Positions 19,186 to 31,300 of a stretch of 64,000 nucleotides of DNA are shown in pieces (position 1 is the first letter of the stretch; each line of letters opens with the position of its first letter). The position numbers and the translations under genes are program-made. Under the pieces are notes generated by a model. It saw only the letters and a list, made by a program, of their open reading frames with translations, made no database searches and had not been told where the DNA came from. The stretch covers positions 8,734 through 72,733 of the forward strand of contig JAHHIK010000029.1 in assembly GCA_019358935.1 (NCBI GenBank), read 5' to 3'. Source of the DNA: Tolypothrix carrinoi HA7290-LM1 (GTDB lineage: Bacteria; Cyanobacteriota; Cyanobacteriia; Cyanobacteriales; Nostocaceae).

Positions 19186-22100
19186 TCACTGACCAATCTG
19201 AGCCAGCAAGTTACTCAAATTTTCTTGATTTATGTTTGCTGCCGAAAAGTCTGAAGGGGTATACTCTGCTACTTCTAGAGAGCGACAGTGGGTGATAAGA
19301 GACTGGAGTGCTTCGACAAAACTATGAGATAGTTTCTCTATAGTTTCGCGTCGATGCACATTTGTGCTATAGCCAAATTCCAGTCTTAACTGACCTTCTT
19401 CATTAACCCATGCAGTCACGCCTAGCAAATGAGGACTAGTTCCTTTTGTACTGTACATTGCTCCAGTAGATTCTTCAGTTGGTCTGAGCATAGATTGATC
19501 AAATCTTCTACCAAACTGACCAAGGTAGAGAAAAAATACCTCTGCTTGAGGAAATGACCGAATTTTCTCTGTAAGTGTTGTATCCTCGCTCAGGTAGCGT
19601 AGTACTCCATGATCAATGGTTCTACTAGAAATGTCACGAAACTGCTCTTTAACGGCTTTCAATGCATCCCCTGGATTCTCAGCCCCCTCTAAATCCAACA
19701 GCACAGGATAAAGAGTAGTCAGCCAACCTACTGTCCGTGATACATTCACATTATCTATAGTGGTATTTGCGTCTCGTGCATCTTCTTCGGTATTAAACAG
19801 TAGCCATTTTATGCCTGTCCATTGTTTAAAAGCTTGTACAAGAGCAGTCAGCAGAACTTCTTGTGTATTAGTTCGATAAACTGCTAGAACCTCCTGAAGT
19901 AATGCCTGAGTTTCTGTTTCGGTTAACGCTACTGAGACACTTTGATCTGATGTTACGGTGTTAATGCCTCCAGAATAATCGATTGGTAAGTGATAAACCT
20001 GTTTGTAACGTTCGTTTAGGCAGGAATTTAGCCTTTTCTGCATCTTTTCAGAGTGAGCGTATTCCTTTAGTCGTTCAGACCACTGCTTGAAAGAGGTTGT
20101 TTTCTCCGGCAGTTGAATGGCTTTACCTTGGTTAAGCTGTTGATAAGCAGTCTCAAGATCCTCTAGTAAGATTCGCCAAGAGCCGAAATCTACTGCCAAG
20201 TGGTGGATGATAATGAGCAAGCGGCTTGACTTGTTGACACCCAGATTAAAAAGCACACCCCGTACAATTGGCCCCTCTGACAGGTTCAAGCTAGCTTGTA
20301 GTTCCGTGGCGGTTGCTTCCATAGAACATTTTTGAACTTCAGGTGAAAACGCTGATAAATCTGTATATATCAAATTCACCTGATTTTCCAAGCCAGTATT
20401 TACCTGCTGCCAGCCAGATTCAGAGGGGATAAACCGAAGGCGAAGTGCATCGTGATGTATGAATAAATGCAGCCATGCCTGTTCAAACAAAGCTGGATCG
20501 AGAACTTGCATTACCTCTACAAAGAATGCCATGTTCCAGTGGTGTGGTTCTGATAAATTCTGTTCAAAGAACCAGTGCTGGATAGGTGTAAGAGCAAGCG
20601 AACCAGTTACTAAACCTTGCTCAGCCTGGACAACTTGCTTTGTACTTGTCACCTCTGCCAGTTCGGCAATTGTCTGATGTTCAAACAATTGCTGAGGGGC
20701 AAGTCGATAACCTGCTTTAGCAGCTCTGGCACTAACTTGAATGCCAAGGACGGAATCTCCCCCTAACTCAAAAAAGTTATCGTGAATCCCTACTTGCTCA
20801 ATACCAAGGAGCTCTTGCCAAATATTGGCAATGGTTTGCTCTACCTCACTTGTAGGAGCAATATAGGCATTATCTAAATTAGGTCTTAAATAAAGTGAAG
20901 CGGAACTGGCTTTTTGTGCAAGTTGAGAACCTTGACTAAATTCAAGTTTAATCCATCTTTTGATACTAGTTTGTAAATCTACCGTTGATGTTACTACTTG
21001 GGTAAATTTATTTAGAGATAAAGCACGTTTAAAAACCTCCAGTCCTTCTTGCCTTGTCATCATCGAATCCGCACCTTTGGGTAAGGTTACTGATTCGGAG
21101 GATTTTTGAGTAATCCAATCACCATAATTGATACTCTGCCAGGGAACAAGGCTTGTTTGGTTATGTTTATGTACAAAAGCATCAGTGAATAGGTGCGCTG
21201 CTGGATAAGCAGCCATCCCCATTACCCCCAAAATAGATGCTAATGAGGATATTACTACACAAAAATCAAGCTCTTTTCCTTGTAGGATATTTTCTAAGAC
21301 AAATAATCCATAGCCTGTTGAGCTTAATTGACTTTCACACTCAGTTTTACTTATCTGTTGAACAGTGCTAAACAACTTTATCCCTGCTGCATGGATTACA
21401 CCATGAACGTGACCAAAGCGGTTTGATGCTTGAGTCATTACTGCTTGCATTTGTTCGAGATTAGCAACATCGGCGCGGCAAATTAGAACTTCAGCACCCA
21501 AGGCTTCTAATGCTTGCACTTTCTGGATTTTGCGACTGATATCATCGTTCTCATCATGAGTTGCCAACCATTGAGACCAATCTTGTTTTAAGGGAAAACT
21601 GGAACGCCGTGTAAGAATTAGCTTGGCACGCGCTGTTTGGGCTAGATATTCTGCCAGTACCAAGCCAACATCTCCTAGACCACCAGCAATTAAGTATACT
21701 CCCCCTTCCTTGATGGGAATTGCTTCCTCATCTGGCTCCTGAAGTTGTATTGGTTCAAAAGTTTGCACCCATCGGTGCTTTCCACGGTAGGCAACCATGT
21801 TCTCTGATGCCTTGTGGGTGAGTTCTGCTAAGAGTTGATCTATCAGTTGATTTTCTTGGGGTGTCCCTGATTCAGGAATGACTACATCAATATTACGACA
21901 GGTGATATTGGGATACTCTTGGGGAATCACCTTACAGATTCCCATGACAGTCGCCTTTTCCGGGCATAACTTTTCGTCGCCGTTTACTTCTTGTACATTG
22001 TTGGTAACAACTAGAATTTGAATAGTATCGGTAACTTCTTGTCTTCCCAACGCTTGTGCTAGGAAAAGTAGACTATAAAAACCATTATTTTGACATTCCT

Positions 22101-25100
22101 CAAAGAACTGATGAGGTAATTCTCCCTCTACGTTGGGGATGAGACTCCAAAAATGGCTGATGGCATTAGGGTTTAAATCCAATGAATCAAGTTCTTTCAG
22201 CAAAGCATCATAGTCACTACTTGTTTGTGGATTTATTGCGTAAGAGCGATCGCCCAGTTGGCTAAACTGCTTTCCAACAGTCACAGTAATGACATCATGC
22301 CCCTGTAATTCCAACTGTTTGCCAATTTCTGAACCAATTTTAAGAGTATCAATAAACACTAAATAACATAACTTTTGTGCTGGTTTTGCTGCTATATGCC
22401 CAGAGCGTTTCCAGGAGGGGATATAAAACCAGTCAGCAATATCCGGTTTTTTCTGTAATGCTTGCGGCGATCGCGTTGCCAAATTAGCTTCAGGGTTGGC
22501 ATCAATCCAGTAACGCTGACGTTCAAAAGGATACGTCGGTAAGGGGATGCGACCGCGTTGTTCATTGGCATAAAAACCAGACCAATGTACTTCTACCCCT
22601 TCCAGCCAAAGGCGACCCAATGTAGTCATTAAAAATGCAACATCTGACTGTTGCTCGTAGGAATGCCTCAGGGAGGGGAGCATCACCGATTTAGCTCTAT
22701 CGTCACTTTCTAGACATTGTGATGCGAAACTAATTAATGCTTGACCTGGACCAACCTCTAATAAAATCGGATTGTCTTTTTGCCACAACTGTTGCACTCC
22801 CGAAGCAAAGCGTACTGCTTGACAGAGGTGCTTAACCCAATAACTGGGATCTGTTGCTTGCTCTACTGTAATCCAGGTTCCGGTGACGTTAGAAACATAG
22901 GGAATTTTCGGGGGTTTAAGGCTAAATGTTTTGACTAAATCGCCAAAGGCTGGTGCGATCGCCTCCATCATCACAGAATGAAAAGCATGAGAAGTCTGCA
23001 AACGCTTACCGACTAAATTTTGCTCGCTTAATTGTTGTTCCCATTCTTCCACAGCATCTGTGGCACCTGCAATCACACACAACGATGAACCGTTGATTGC
23101 AGACATGGAGATTTTCTCATTCAAGAGGGGCTGTATCTCTTCCTCTGAAAGCGGAACTGCCAGCATTGCCCCTTCAGGCAACTCTTGAATCATTTGCGCT
23201 CTTTTAGCTACCAGGGTTAAAGCATCTTCCAGAGACAAAACCTCGGCTAGAGTTGCTGCTACATATTCACCGATGCTGTAGCCAATCATCGCCGCAGGAC
23301 GAATTCCCCACGATATCCACAACTGAGCTAAAGCATATTCAATGACAAATATAGCAGGTTGCGAGAGAAAGGTTTGATTCAGTAGAGACGTTGCACGCAA
23401 AGTTTCTACATCCGCTTGTTCCTCCCCACGACCTAACATTTTTCGCAAATCTAGCCCAGGTGAGAGAGTATTTTGTTTTTGCTTGCTGCCATTCTCACTG
23501 TTTCTATTCGGATACAAAACATCTCGCAAATCCAGACCAAGTTCGGGTTTGAGGAGTTCGCAGCATTGGTCAACTGAGGCGCGAAATGTTGGCTCAGTTT
23601 GGTAAAGCTCAAGAGCCATATCAATGTAGTGAGTTCCCAGTCCAGAGAACATGAAGGCAACAGGGCGTTGCTTAGTTTTCTGAGTACTGGTGATAACTCG
23701 CTTTGGTTCTTGAAGTGCCTTGACAGCATCTTGGATATCTCGGCAGACAACCGTGCGCCGATAGTCGAAAGCTCTTCGCCCAACCTGCAATGTGTAAGCC
23801 GCATCGGCAAGGTTTAAATCGGGATGTTCTCGGAAATAATTAGCTAAATTTGTTGTAGCCGTTTCCAGCGCTGAACTGGTTTTAGCGGATAGCATCAACA
23901 ACTGCCAAGGGCGAGAATGTAGAGACGCAGTTGCGGTCTCTACAACCGGGGCTTCTTCGAGAACTACATGGGCATTGGTTCCCCCTAATCCAAAGGAACT
24001 AACTCCCGCACGTCGGGGAGTGCCATTACTTTGCCACTCGGCAAGTTTGGTATTGACGTAGAAAGGACTGTTGGCAAAGTCAATTTCGGGATTAGGCGAA
24101 GAATAGTGTAAGCTCGGAGGTATTTGTTTGTGCTTGAGGGCTAAGACGGTTTTGATTAATCCCGCCACACCAGCTGCTGTGTCCAAATGTCCAATGTTGG
24201 TTTTGACGGAACCAATGGCGCAGAAGCCTTTCTTTTGGGTACTTGCCCCAAAAGCTTGTGTCAGGGCGGCAATTTCAATGGGATCTCCTAAAGCTGTTCC
24301 TGTTCCGTGAGTCTCAATGTAAGTAATACTCTCAGGCTCTACCTCAGCTACTAATTGGGCTGTTCTAATTGCCTTTGCTTGAGTGTCGATGCGGGGTGCG
24401 GTATAGCTGACCTTGAATGAACCATCATTATTGATAGCTGAACCTTTGATTACAGCATGAATGCGATCGCGATGCAAGAGAGCATCTTCTAATCGCTTTA
24501 ACACTACAATGCCTACACCCTCGCCCCCCACAGAACCCTGTGCATTAGCATCAAATGCACGGCAGTGTCCGTCAGGAGACACTATTCCTCCTTCTGTATA
24601 CAAATATCCAGATTTTCTTTCCGCACTTATGGCAACGCCACCAGCTAAAGCGATATCACATTCACCATTCAGCAAGCTTTGGCAAGCTAAGTGAACAGCA
24701 ACTAATGAAGTTGAGCAGGCAGTTTGCACAGCATAACTTGGACCTTCTAGGTTCAGTTTATAAGAGACACGGGTGGTTAAAAAGTCTTTATTAGCGGCTA
24801 TTGTCAGTTGCTGAGGATCAATAGAATTTACAACATTTTGATTTAGGTAAACATTTAGTAAGTAGCTGCTTAAACTAGATCCACCATAAACACCAATAGC
24901 ACCTTTATAATTGTGTGAATCATATCCAGTACTTTCCAGAGCTGACCAAGCACACTCTAGAAAAATCCGATGTTGCGGATCAGTGATTTCTGCTTCTCTG
25001 GGATTAAAGCCAAAGAATGAAGCATCAAATAATTCTGCGTCTTCTAATATACCATGTGCTTTTACATAGTTAGGGTCATTTAATATGGATAAACTTATAC

Positions 25101-25266
25101 CTGATGATAATAATTCTTCATCACTGAAAAAAGATATTGATTCTACTCCATTTTGAAGATTTTTCCAGAATTCATCAATATTTTTTGCTCCAGCAAATCG
25201 CCCTGTTAAGCCTATAATTGCTATTTCTGAACCATTTAGAGAATTTGATGCTGTGGTAATACTCAT
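19186..25266 (-). CDS. PKS module KS-AT(GYS-type)-KR-ACP fused to a C-terminal epimerization-like domain
   Basis: KS TACSTS; AT GYSIG; KR IAGGLGDVG; carrier GGDSV; then LTPIQHWF, HHLAVD, SRTVGWLTTLYPV, YLGQF, YTPSDF. Confidence 0.94.
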   Translation of the reverse strand: MSITTASNSLNGSEIAIIGLTGRFAGAKNIDEFWKNLQNGVESISFFSDEELLSSGISLSILNDPNYVKAHGILEDAELFDASFFGFNPREAEITDPQHRIFLECAWSALESTGYDSHNYKGAIGVYGGSSLSSYLLNVYLNQNVVNSIDPQQLTIAANKDFLTTRVSYKLNLEGPSYAVQTACSTSLVAVHLACQSLLNGECDIALAGGVAISAERKSGYLYTEGGIVSPDGHCRAFDANAQGSVGGEGVGIVVLKRLEDALLHRDRIHAVIKGSAINNDGSFKVSYTAPRIDTQAKAIRTAQLVAEVEPESITYIETHGTGTALGDPIEIAALTQAFGASTQKKGFCAIGSVKTNIGHLDTAAGVAGLIKTVLALKHKQIPPSLHYSSPNPEIDFANSPFYVNTKLAEWQSNGTPRRAGVSSFGLGGTNAHVVLEEAPVVETATASLHSRPWQLLMLSAKTSSALETATTNLANYFREHPDLNLADAAYTLQVGRRAFDYRRTVVCRDIQDAVKALQEPKRVITSTQKTKQRPVAFMFSGLGTHYIDMALELYQTEPTFRASVDQCCELLKPELGLDLRDVLYPNRNSENGSKQKQNTLSPGLDLRKMLGRGEEQADVETLRATSLLNQTFLSQPAIFVIEYALAQLWISWGIRPAAMIGYSIGEYVAATLAEVLSLEDALTLVAKRAQMIQELPEGAMLAVPLSEEEIQPLLNEKISMSAINGSSLCVIAGATDAVEEWEQQLSEQNLVGKRLQTSHAFHSVMMEAIAPAFGDLVKTFSLKPPKIPYVSNVTGTWITVEQATDPSYWVKHLCQAVRFASGVQQLWQKDNPILLEVGPGQALISFASQCLESDDRAKSVMLPSLRHSYEQQSDVAFLMTTLGRLWLEGVEVHWSGFYANEQRGRIPLPTYPFERQRYWIDANPEANLATRSPQALQKKPDIADWFYIPSWKRSGHIAAKPAQKLCYLVFIDTLKIGSEIGKQLELQGHDVITVTVGKQFSQLGDRSYAINPQTSSDYDALLKELDSLDLNPNAISHFWSLIPNVEGELPHQFFEECQNNGFYSLLFLAQALGRQEVTDTIQILVVTNNVQEVNGDEKLCPEKATVMGICKVIPQEYPNITCRNIDVVIPESGTPQENQLIDQLLAELTHKASENMVAYRGKHRWVQTFEPIQLQEPDEEAIPIKEGGVYLIAGGLGDVGLVLAEYLAQTARAKLILTRRSSFPLKQDWSQWLATHDENDDISRKIQKVQALEALGAEVLICRADVANLEQMQAVMTQASNRFGHVHGVIHAAGIKLFSTVQQISKTECESQLSSTGYGLFVLENILQGKELDFCVVISSLASILGVMGMAAYPAAHLFTDAFVHKHNQTSLVPWQSINYGDWITQKSSESVTLPKGADSMMTRQEGLEVFKRALSLNKFTQVVTSTVDLQTSIKRWIKLEFSQGSQLAQKASSASLYLRPNLDNAYIAPTSEVEQTIANIWQELLGIEQVGIHDNFFELGGDSVLGIQVSARAAKAGYRLAPQQLFEHQTIAELAEVTSTKQVVQAEQGLVTGSLALTPIQHWFFEQNLSEPHHWNMAFFVEVMQVLDPALFEQAWLHLFIHHDALRLRFIPSESGWQQVNTGLENQVNLIYTDLSAFSPEVQKCSMEATATELQASLNLSEGPIVRGVLFNLGVNKSSRLLIIIHHLAVDFGSWRILLEDLETAYQQLNQGKAIQLPEKTTSFKQWSERLKEYAHSEKMQKRLNSCLNERYKQVYHLPIDYSGGINTVTSDQSVSVALTETETQALLQEVLAVYRTNTQEVLLTALVQAFKQWTGIKWLLFNTEEDARDANTTIDNVNVSRTVGWLTTLYPVLLDLEGAENPGDALKAVKEQFRDISSRTIDHGVLRYLSEDTTLTEKIRSFPQAEVFFLYLGQFGRRFDQSMLRPTEESTGAMYSTKGTSPHLLGVTAWVNEEGQLRLEFGYSTNVHRRETIEKLSHSFVEALQSLITHCRSLEVAEYTPSDFSAANINQENLSNLLAQIGQ
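23382..23409. repeat. Short palindromic Nostoc-type dispersed repeat within the AT coding region
   Basis: gtagagacgttgcacgcaaagtttctac (GTAGAGAC...TCTAC arms); encodes VETLRATSL where the paralogous AT has VGTQK. Confidence 0.6.
23918..23944. repeat. Short palindromic Nostoc-type dispersed repeat in the KS-AT linker
   Basis: tgtagagacgcagttgcggtctctaca inverted repeat; encodes VETATASL, differing from paralogous linkers. Confidence 0.65.
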
Positions 25267-25385
25267 AACTTTGCTTCACCCTTAATTATTGTCAATAAAT
25301 CTAACTTACACAGACGCTTCATTTCGTGAGCTTTACGAGCTATAAGTTTACATAATTTAATTTTGTCATATTACTAATTATTCAA

Positions 25386-28300
25386 TTAATTATAAGTATT
25401 TTCAATAGATTTAATTTTTTGCAGACGTTTTCTTTGTTGAGCTTTTCCATCTGCAATTTTCTCCCTCACATTAACCATAATATCAGAAGATGGCTGTTTA
25501 TTTTTTAAGTGATTAAGATAATTTGCTAAGGAGTTTATAGTCGGATATCTAAATAGATCGAGGACAGATAAATCCTTCTTCAATATTTCACGTAATTTAC
25601 CATGAACTTGAACCAAGAATAATGAATGACCACCAAGTTCAAAAAAGTTATCATGAATTCCTACCTCTTCAACTTGAAGTAATTTCTGCCAAATATCAGC
25701 AATAGTTTTTTCTACCTCAGTTTGGGGTGGCTGATAAACTACTTCCAATTCTGGACGTACTGTATCAGGTGCAGGTAGTGCCTTACGGTCAACCTTACCA
25801 TTGGGTGTTAGTGGTAGTGCCTCTAATGTGACAAAAGCTGCTGGCATCATGTAGTTCGGCAACTTTGACTCTAAAAAACTACGTAGTTCAGAAATTGTTA
25901 GTGTTTGCTCTTTTTGAGGAACTACATAAGCAACTATTCGTTGAGAGTCTGCTGAACCTTCGCTGACTATAACTACAGTTTCTCGCACTACTGGGTATTG
26001 GCTGATTACTGCCTCTATTTCTCCCAGTTCAATCCGGAAACCACGTATCTTGACTTGGTGGTCAATCCGACCTAAATATTCAATGTCTCCATTCGGCAGA
26101 TAGCGGGCTAAATCACCAGATTTATAAAGGCGTGCGCTTGGTTTGTCACTAAAGGGATTAGAAATAAATCTTTGGGCTGTTAGTTCTGGTCGGTTTAAAT
26201 AACCCCGTACCACACCAGCACCACCAATATACATTTCACCTGGTACTGCAATAGGTACTGGCTGCCCATAGCTATCTAGTAAGTAAACTTGCAAGTCAGG
26301 AATTGGACGACCAATAACACTTGCTGGTGCTACTTCTAAGTCTGCTATTTTTAGCGGACGATATGTGACATGCACGGTCGTTTCCGTAATACCGTACATA
26401 TTGACTAACTGTGGTGACTCGTCGCCATGACGCTCAAACCAAGGTCTTAAACTCTCAAGTTGCAACGCTTCTCCACCAAAAATTACTTTTCGCAGGCTTA
26501 AGTTGTTACTATTTCCCAGCGATTTCTCTACCTGCATCAGTTGACGGAAAGCGGAAGGTGTCTGGTTAAGTATCGTTACTTGCTGTGTTAATAGTAATTT
26601 ATAAAAGTCTTCAGGTGAACGACTCAGCCAGTACGGTACTACTATCAATCGTCCACCATAAAGTAAGGCACCCCAGATTTCCCAAACGGAAAAATCAAAG
26701 GCTATAGAATGGAATAGTGTCCATACATCCTGTTGGTTAAAGTTATACCAGAATTCAGTTGTTGCCAACAGACGAACTACATTGCTGTGATTGACTAAGA
26801 CACCCTTGGGTTGACCTGTTGAGCCAGAGGTGTAGATAATATAAGCTAGGTTATCAGTTGTACATTCACTAATTGGATTTTGTAAGCTTTGTTGAGCTAT
26901 ACTTTCCCAATTCGTGTCTAGACAAACAACGCTAATCTGATTTTTCGGTAAATTCTCTATCAGGTGCTGCTGTGTTAGTAATACTGACACCTGAGCATCT
27001 TGCAATATGAAAGCTAAACGTTCTGGTGGATACGCCGGGTCTAAGGGTACATATGCACCACCTGCTTTGAGGATGGCTAATAGTCCGATGACCATTAAGA
27101 GCGATCGCTCTACACAAATCCCTACCAATACCTCTGGTTTTACACCCAGCGAGCGCAAATAATGCGCCAATTGGTTAGCTTTTGCGTTCAGTTCCCCATA
27201 GGTTAGCTGTTTATCTTCAAATACTACTGCTACTGCATCAGGCGTTTTTTCTACCTGCGCTTCAAACAACTGATGGATACATAGCTGTTGAGAATATTCA
27301 ACTTCTGTATTATTCCACTCCCGCAGCAATTGATGCTGCTCAGATTTCGTCAACAGTGGTAACTCCGACAAACGCTGCTGTGGATTAGCAACAATTCCTT
27401 CAAGCAACGTTTGCAAATGACCCGCCATTCTTTGTATAGAACTTTCCTCAAATAAATCAGTATTGTATTCTAAACTTCCAACTAGCCCCTCCTCTATTTC
27501 TGTCATAGATAGGGTTAAATCAAACTGGGCAGTACCACTATCGCTTTCCAAGGGAGTTAAAGTCAAACCAGGCAACTCTAAAACAGATATTGGTGCATTC
27601 TGAAGCACAAACATCACTTGAAATAGTGGTGTATGACTTAAGTCCCGCTGTGGTTGCAGTTGCTCAACTAACAACTCAAAGGGCAAATCTTGATATGCAT
27701 AAGCCCCTAGTGCTACTTCACGCACTCGTTTTAGTAGCTCTTCAAAGCTGGGATTTCCTGCCAAGTTAGTTCTCAATACCAGGGTATTGACAAAAAGTCC
27801 AATTAATCCTTCTATTTCCGCCCGGTTGCGGTTAGCGATCGGCGAACCGACCACAATATCTTCGCTACCCGTATAACGCCCTAGCAGTGTTTGGAAACCT
27901 GCTAACAGGGTCATAAATAAAGTACTTCCCTGCTGCTGGCTTAATTTATTTAGGGCTGCGGATAATTCCGGAGATAACTTAAATGAGTAGGTCGCACCTC
28001 GGAAAGTCTGAATCGTCGGTCTTGGGTGGTCTGTGGGTAACTCTAATACTTTTGGTGCGTTCTCTAAATGCTTAAGCCAATAAGATTTCTGAGTTTTGAG
28101 TACTTCTCCTTGTAACCATTGTCGTTGCCAAGCAGCGAAGTCTACATATTGTATTGGCAGTGCAGGCAACGATGAAGGTTGCTCATTACAGAAGGCTTGA
28201 TAAAGTTTTGCCAACTCTTGCACTAGTACCCCGATTGACCAACCGTCAGAGACGATATGGTGCATTGTCAGTAGTATTATGTGTTCTTGTTCACCAAGAC

Positions 28301-31300
28301 GTAATAGTTTTACTCTCAGTAGATGGTCGCTGCTGATGTCAAAGGGTTGTTGTGCATCTTGTGCAGCCTGTTGTTTAATTTCGGCTTCTTGTTGATTTGT
28401 AGGTAGTTCGCTAATATCGAATATTGACAACGTTAGGGGCTTTTCTTTCGAGATGACAGCTACTGCTTGCCCTTCTCTTGTTTGAAAATTGGTTCTCAAC
28501 GCTTCATGGCGGCTGATAATTTCGTTAAAACTTTGTTGTAATGCTTCTACATTCAATTGTCCTTGTAGGCGAACAGCAGCAGGAATATTGTAGAATGGGC
28601 TGTCTGGTTCTAATTGAGCTAGGAACCATAATCGTTGTTGAGCAAATGATAGGGGTAATTCTGGCGATCGCGCAATCCGCTCAATATTCGTCGCTTCAAC
28701 TCCTGAATCTACCTTAATCGCTTTTTCAATTTCTTTTGCTAGCCCTGCTATTGTTGGTTTTTCAAATAAATAACGTAAAGGAAGCTCTACTTGAAATACT
28801 TGCCGTATTTGGGACATTACGCGAGTGGCGATTAAGGAATGTCCTCCCAATTCAAAGAAATTATTATCAATACCTACTTTATCTATACCGAGTACTTCTG
28901 CCCAAACACCCGCTAATAAATTCTCAATTGGTGTGGAAGGAGGGGTAATATTTGATGATGATACTTGTGTTAATTCGGGTGCAGGCAGCGCTTTGCGATC
29001 AAGCTTACCATTAGGCGTGAGCGGTAGTGCCTCCAATGTGACAAAAGCTGCTGGCACCATGTAGTTTGGCAACTTTGATTCTAAAAAGCTACGTAGTTCA
29101 GTGATTACCAGTGTTTGCTCTTTTTGAGCAACTACATAAGCGATTATTCGTTGAGAATTTGCTGAATCTTCGCTGATTATAACTACAGTTTCTCGCACTG
29201 CTGGGTATTGGCTGATGAGTGTTTCGATTTCTCCCAGTTCAATCCGGAAACCACGGAGTTTCACTTGGTTATCAATCCGACCAATGTATTCTATCTCTCC
29301 ATTCGGCAAATAACCGGCTAAATCTCCTGTTTTGTACAGACGTGCTGATTTATTACTAAAGGGATTGGGTATAAATTTTTCTGCTGTCAAATCAGGACGA
29401 TGGAAATAGCCTCTTGCAAGTCCTTCCCCGCCGATACACAATTCGCCTGCTACACCCACAGGAACTAACTGGTTATATTGGTCGAGGATATAAAGCTGCG
29501 TGTTTGCAATTGGGGAACTAATTGGTACGGTGTTGTTAACAGTTTGTACCAGCCTAGCGGCTGACCAAATGGTGGTTTCGGTGGGACCGTACATATTCCA
29601 TAAAGAATCGCATCGGTCGAGTAACTGATTTGCTAGGTGTCTGGGTAAAGCTTCGCCACCACAGAGAATTTTTAATTGATGATCTCCATCCCAACCTGCT
29701 GCCAAAAGTAGCTGCCATGTCGCTGGTGTGGCTTGCATGACCGTAGCTTTGGAGTCAGTTAGTTTTGCTGACAACTGTGTTCCGTCTGAGACAATTTCCC
29801 GGCTGGCGACTACCAAGCGAGCACCTACTATGATTGGCAGGAACAGTTCTAATGCCGCAATATCAAAGGAATAAGTAGTGACTGCTAGCAAGGTGTCTTC
29901 CTCAGTTAACCTTGGGGCTTGTCTCATGGAGTACAAAAAGTTGCTCAGAGCAATGTGGGGAATTTGCACGCCTTTTGGTTTGCCTGTGGAACCAGAGGTA
30001 TAGATGACATAAGCTAGGTTGTCAGCGGTTAGCTCAGAGAATAAATTTTCCTGGCTTTGTTGAGCTATCAGATGCCAATCAGTATTTAAACAAACTACTT
30101 TAGCTTTGTGTTGCGGCATTGCCTCCAAAAGCGACGCTTGAGTTAGCAACACTGGCGCTTGTGAATCTTCTAGTATATAAGCTATGCGTTCTTGAGGATA
30201 GCTAGGGTCTAACGGTACATATGCACCACCTGCTTTGAGGATGGCTAATAACCCGATGACCATTAAGAGCGATCGCTCTACACAAATCCCTACCAATACC
30301 TCTGATTTTACACCCAGCGAGCGCAAGTAGTGTGCCAATTGGTTGGCTCTGGCATTTAGTTCCCAATAGGTTAGCTGTTCATCTTCAAATACTACGGCTA
30401 CTGCATCAGGCGTTCTTTCTACCTGCGTTTCAAATAATTCATGGATACATTTATCTTGCGGATACTCAACCTGAGTCTGATTCCACTCCACAAGTAACTG
30501 ATGTCGCTCATGTTCTGTCAAGAGCGACAACTCACCAAGACGTTGCTGCTGATTGGTAGCCATGCCCTCTAGCAAAGTCTGCAAATGTCCTAGCATCCGT
30601 TTGATAGTGTCAGTATCGAAGCGATCGCTATCATCGCAACTAATCTTGAGCAACAACTCGTCACCTGGAATCACGATTAGGGTTATAGGATAGTTAGTCT
30701 TTTCAAAGCCATGAAAATCCTCTATCTCCAAATTTATATCCCTCTGCCGTACAGAAGCATCTATAGTATAGTTCTCAAAAACTACTATACTCTCAAACAG
30801 AGATAAATCTTTAGGAACTTCGCTCCATCCTTGGACTTTCACTAACGGACAATACTCGTATTGACGTGCCTCAACTAGTTGATCTTTGATTTTCTCAAGC
30901 CAAGGCAAAAGAAATTCTTCGGGTGATACTTGTACTCTAATCGGCAGTGTGTTGATAAACAGCCCTACCATAGACTCGGCTTTAGCTAAAGTAGAAGGAC
31001 GACCAGAAGTTACTGCCCCAAAAACTACGTCCTCCTGACCACTGTAGCAACTTAATAGCAAAGCCCAAGCTCCCTGTACTAGGGTATTTAGCGTTAACTG
31101 GTGTTGCTTTGCTACAGATTGCAATGCTGCTGTTGTTACTACAGAAAGCTTTACTTCTCCCTCGTCATAGTCATCCGTTTGAGTCAGTAATTTTCTAGCT
31201 CCTTGATTCACCGATAGCTGTGTCGGAGTGGTAAAACCTTTAAGCATCTGTCGCCAGAAAGTCTCAGCTTCAGATAGGTTTTGTTGCTGTAGCCAGACAA

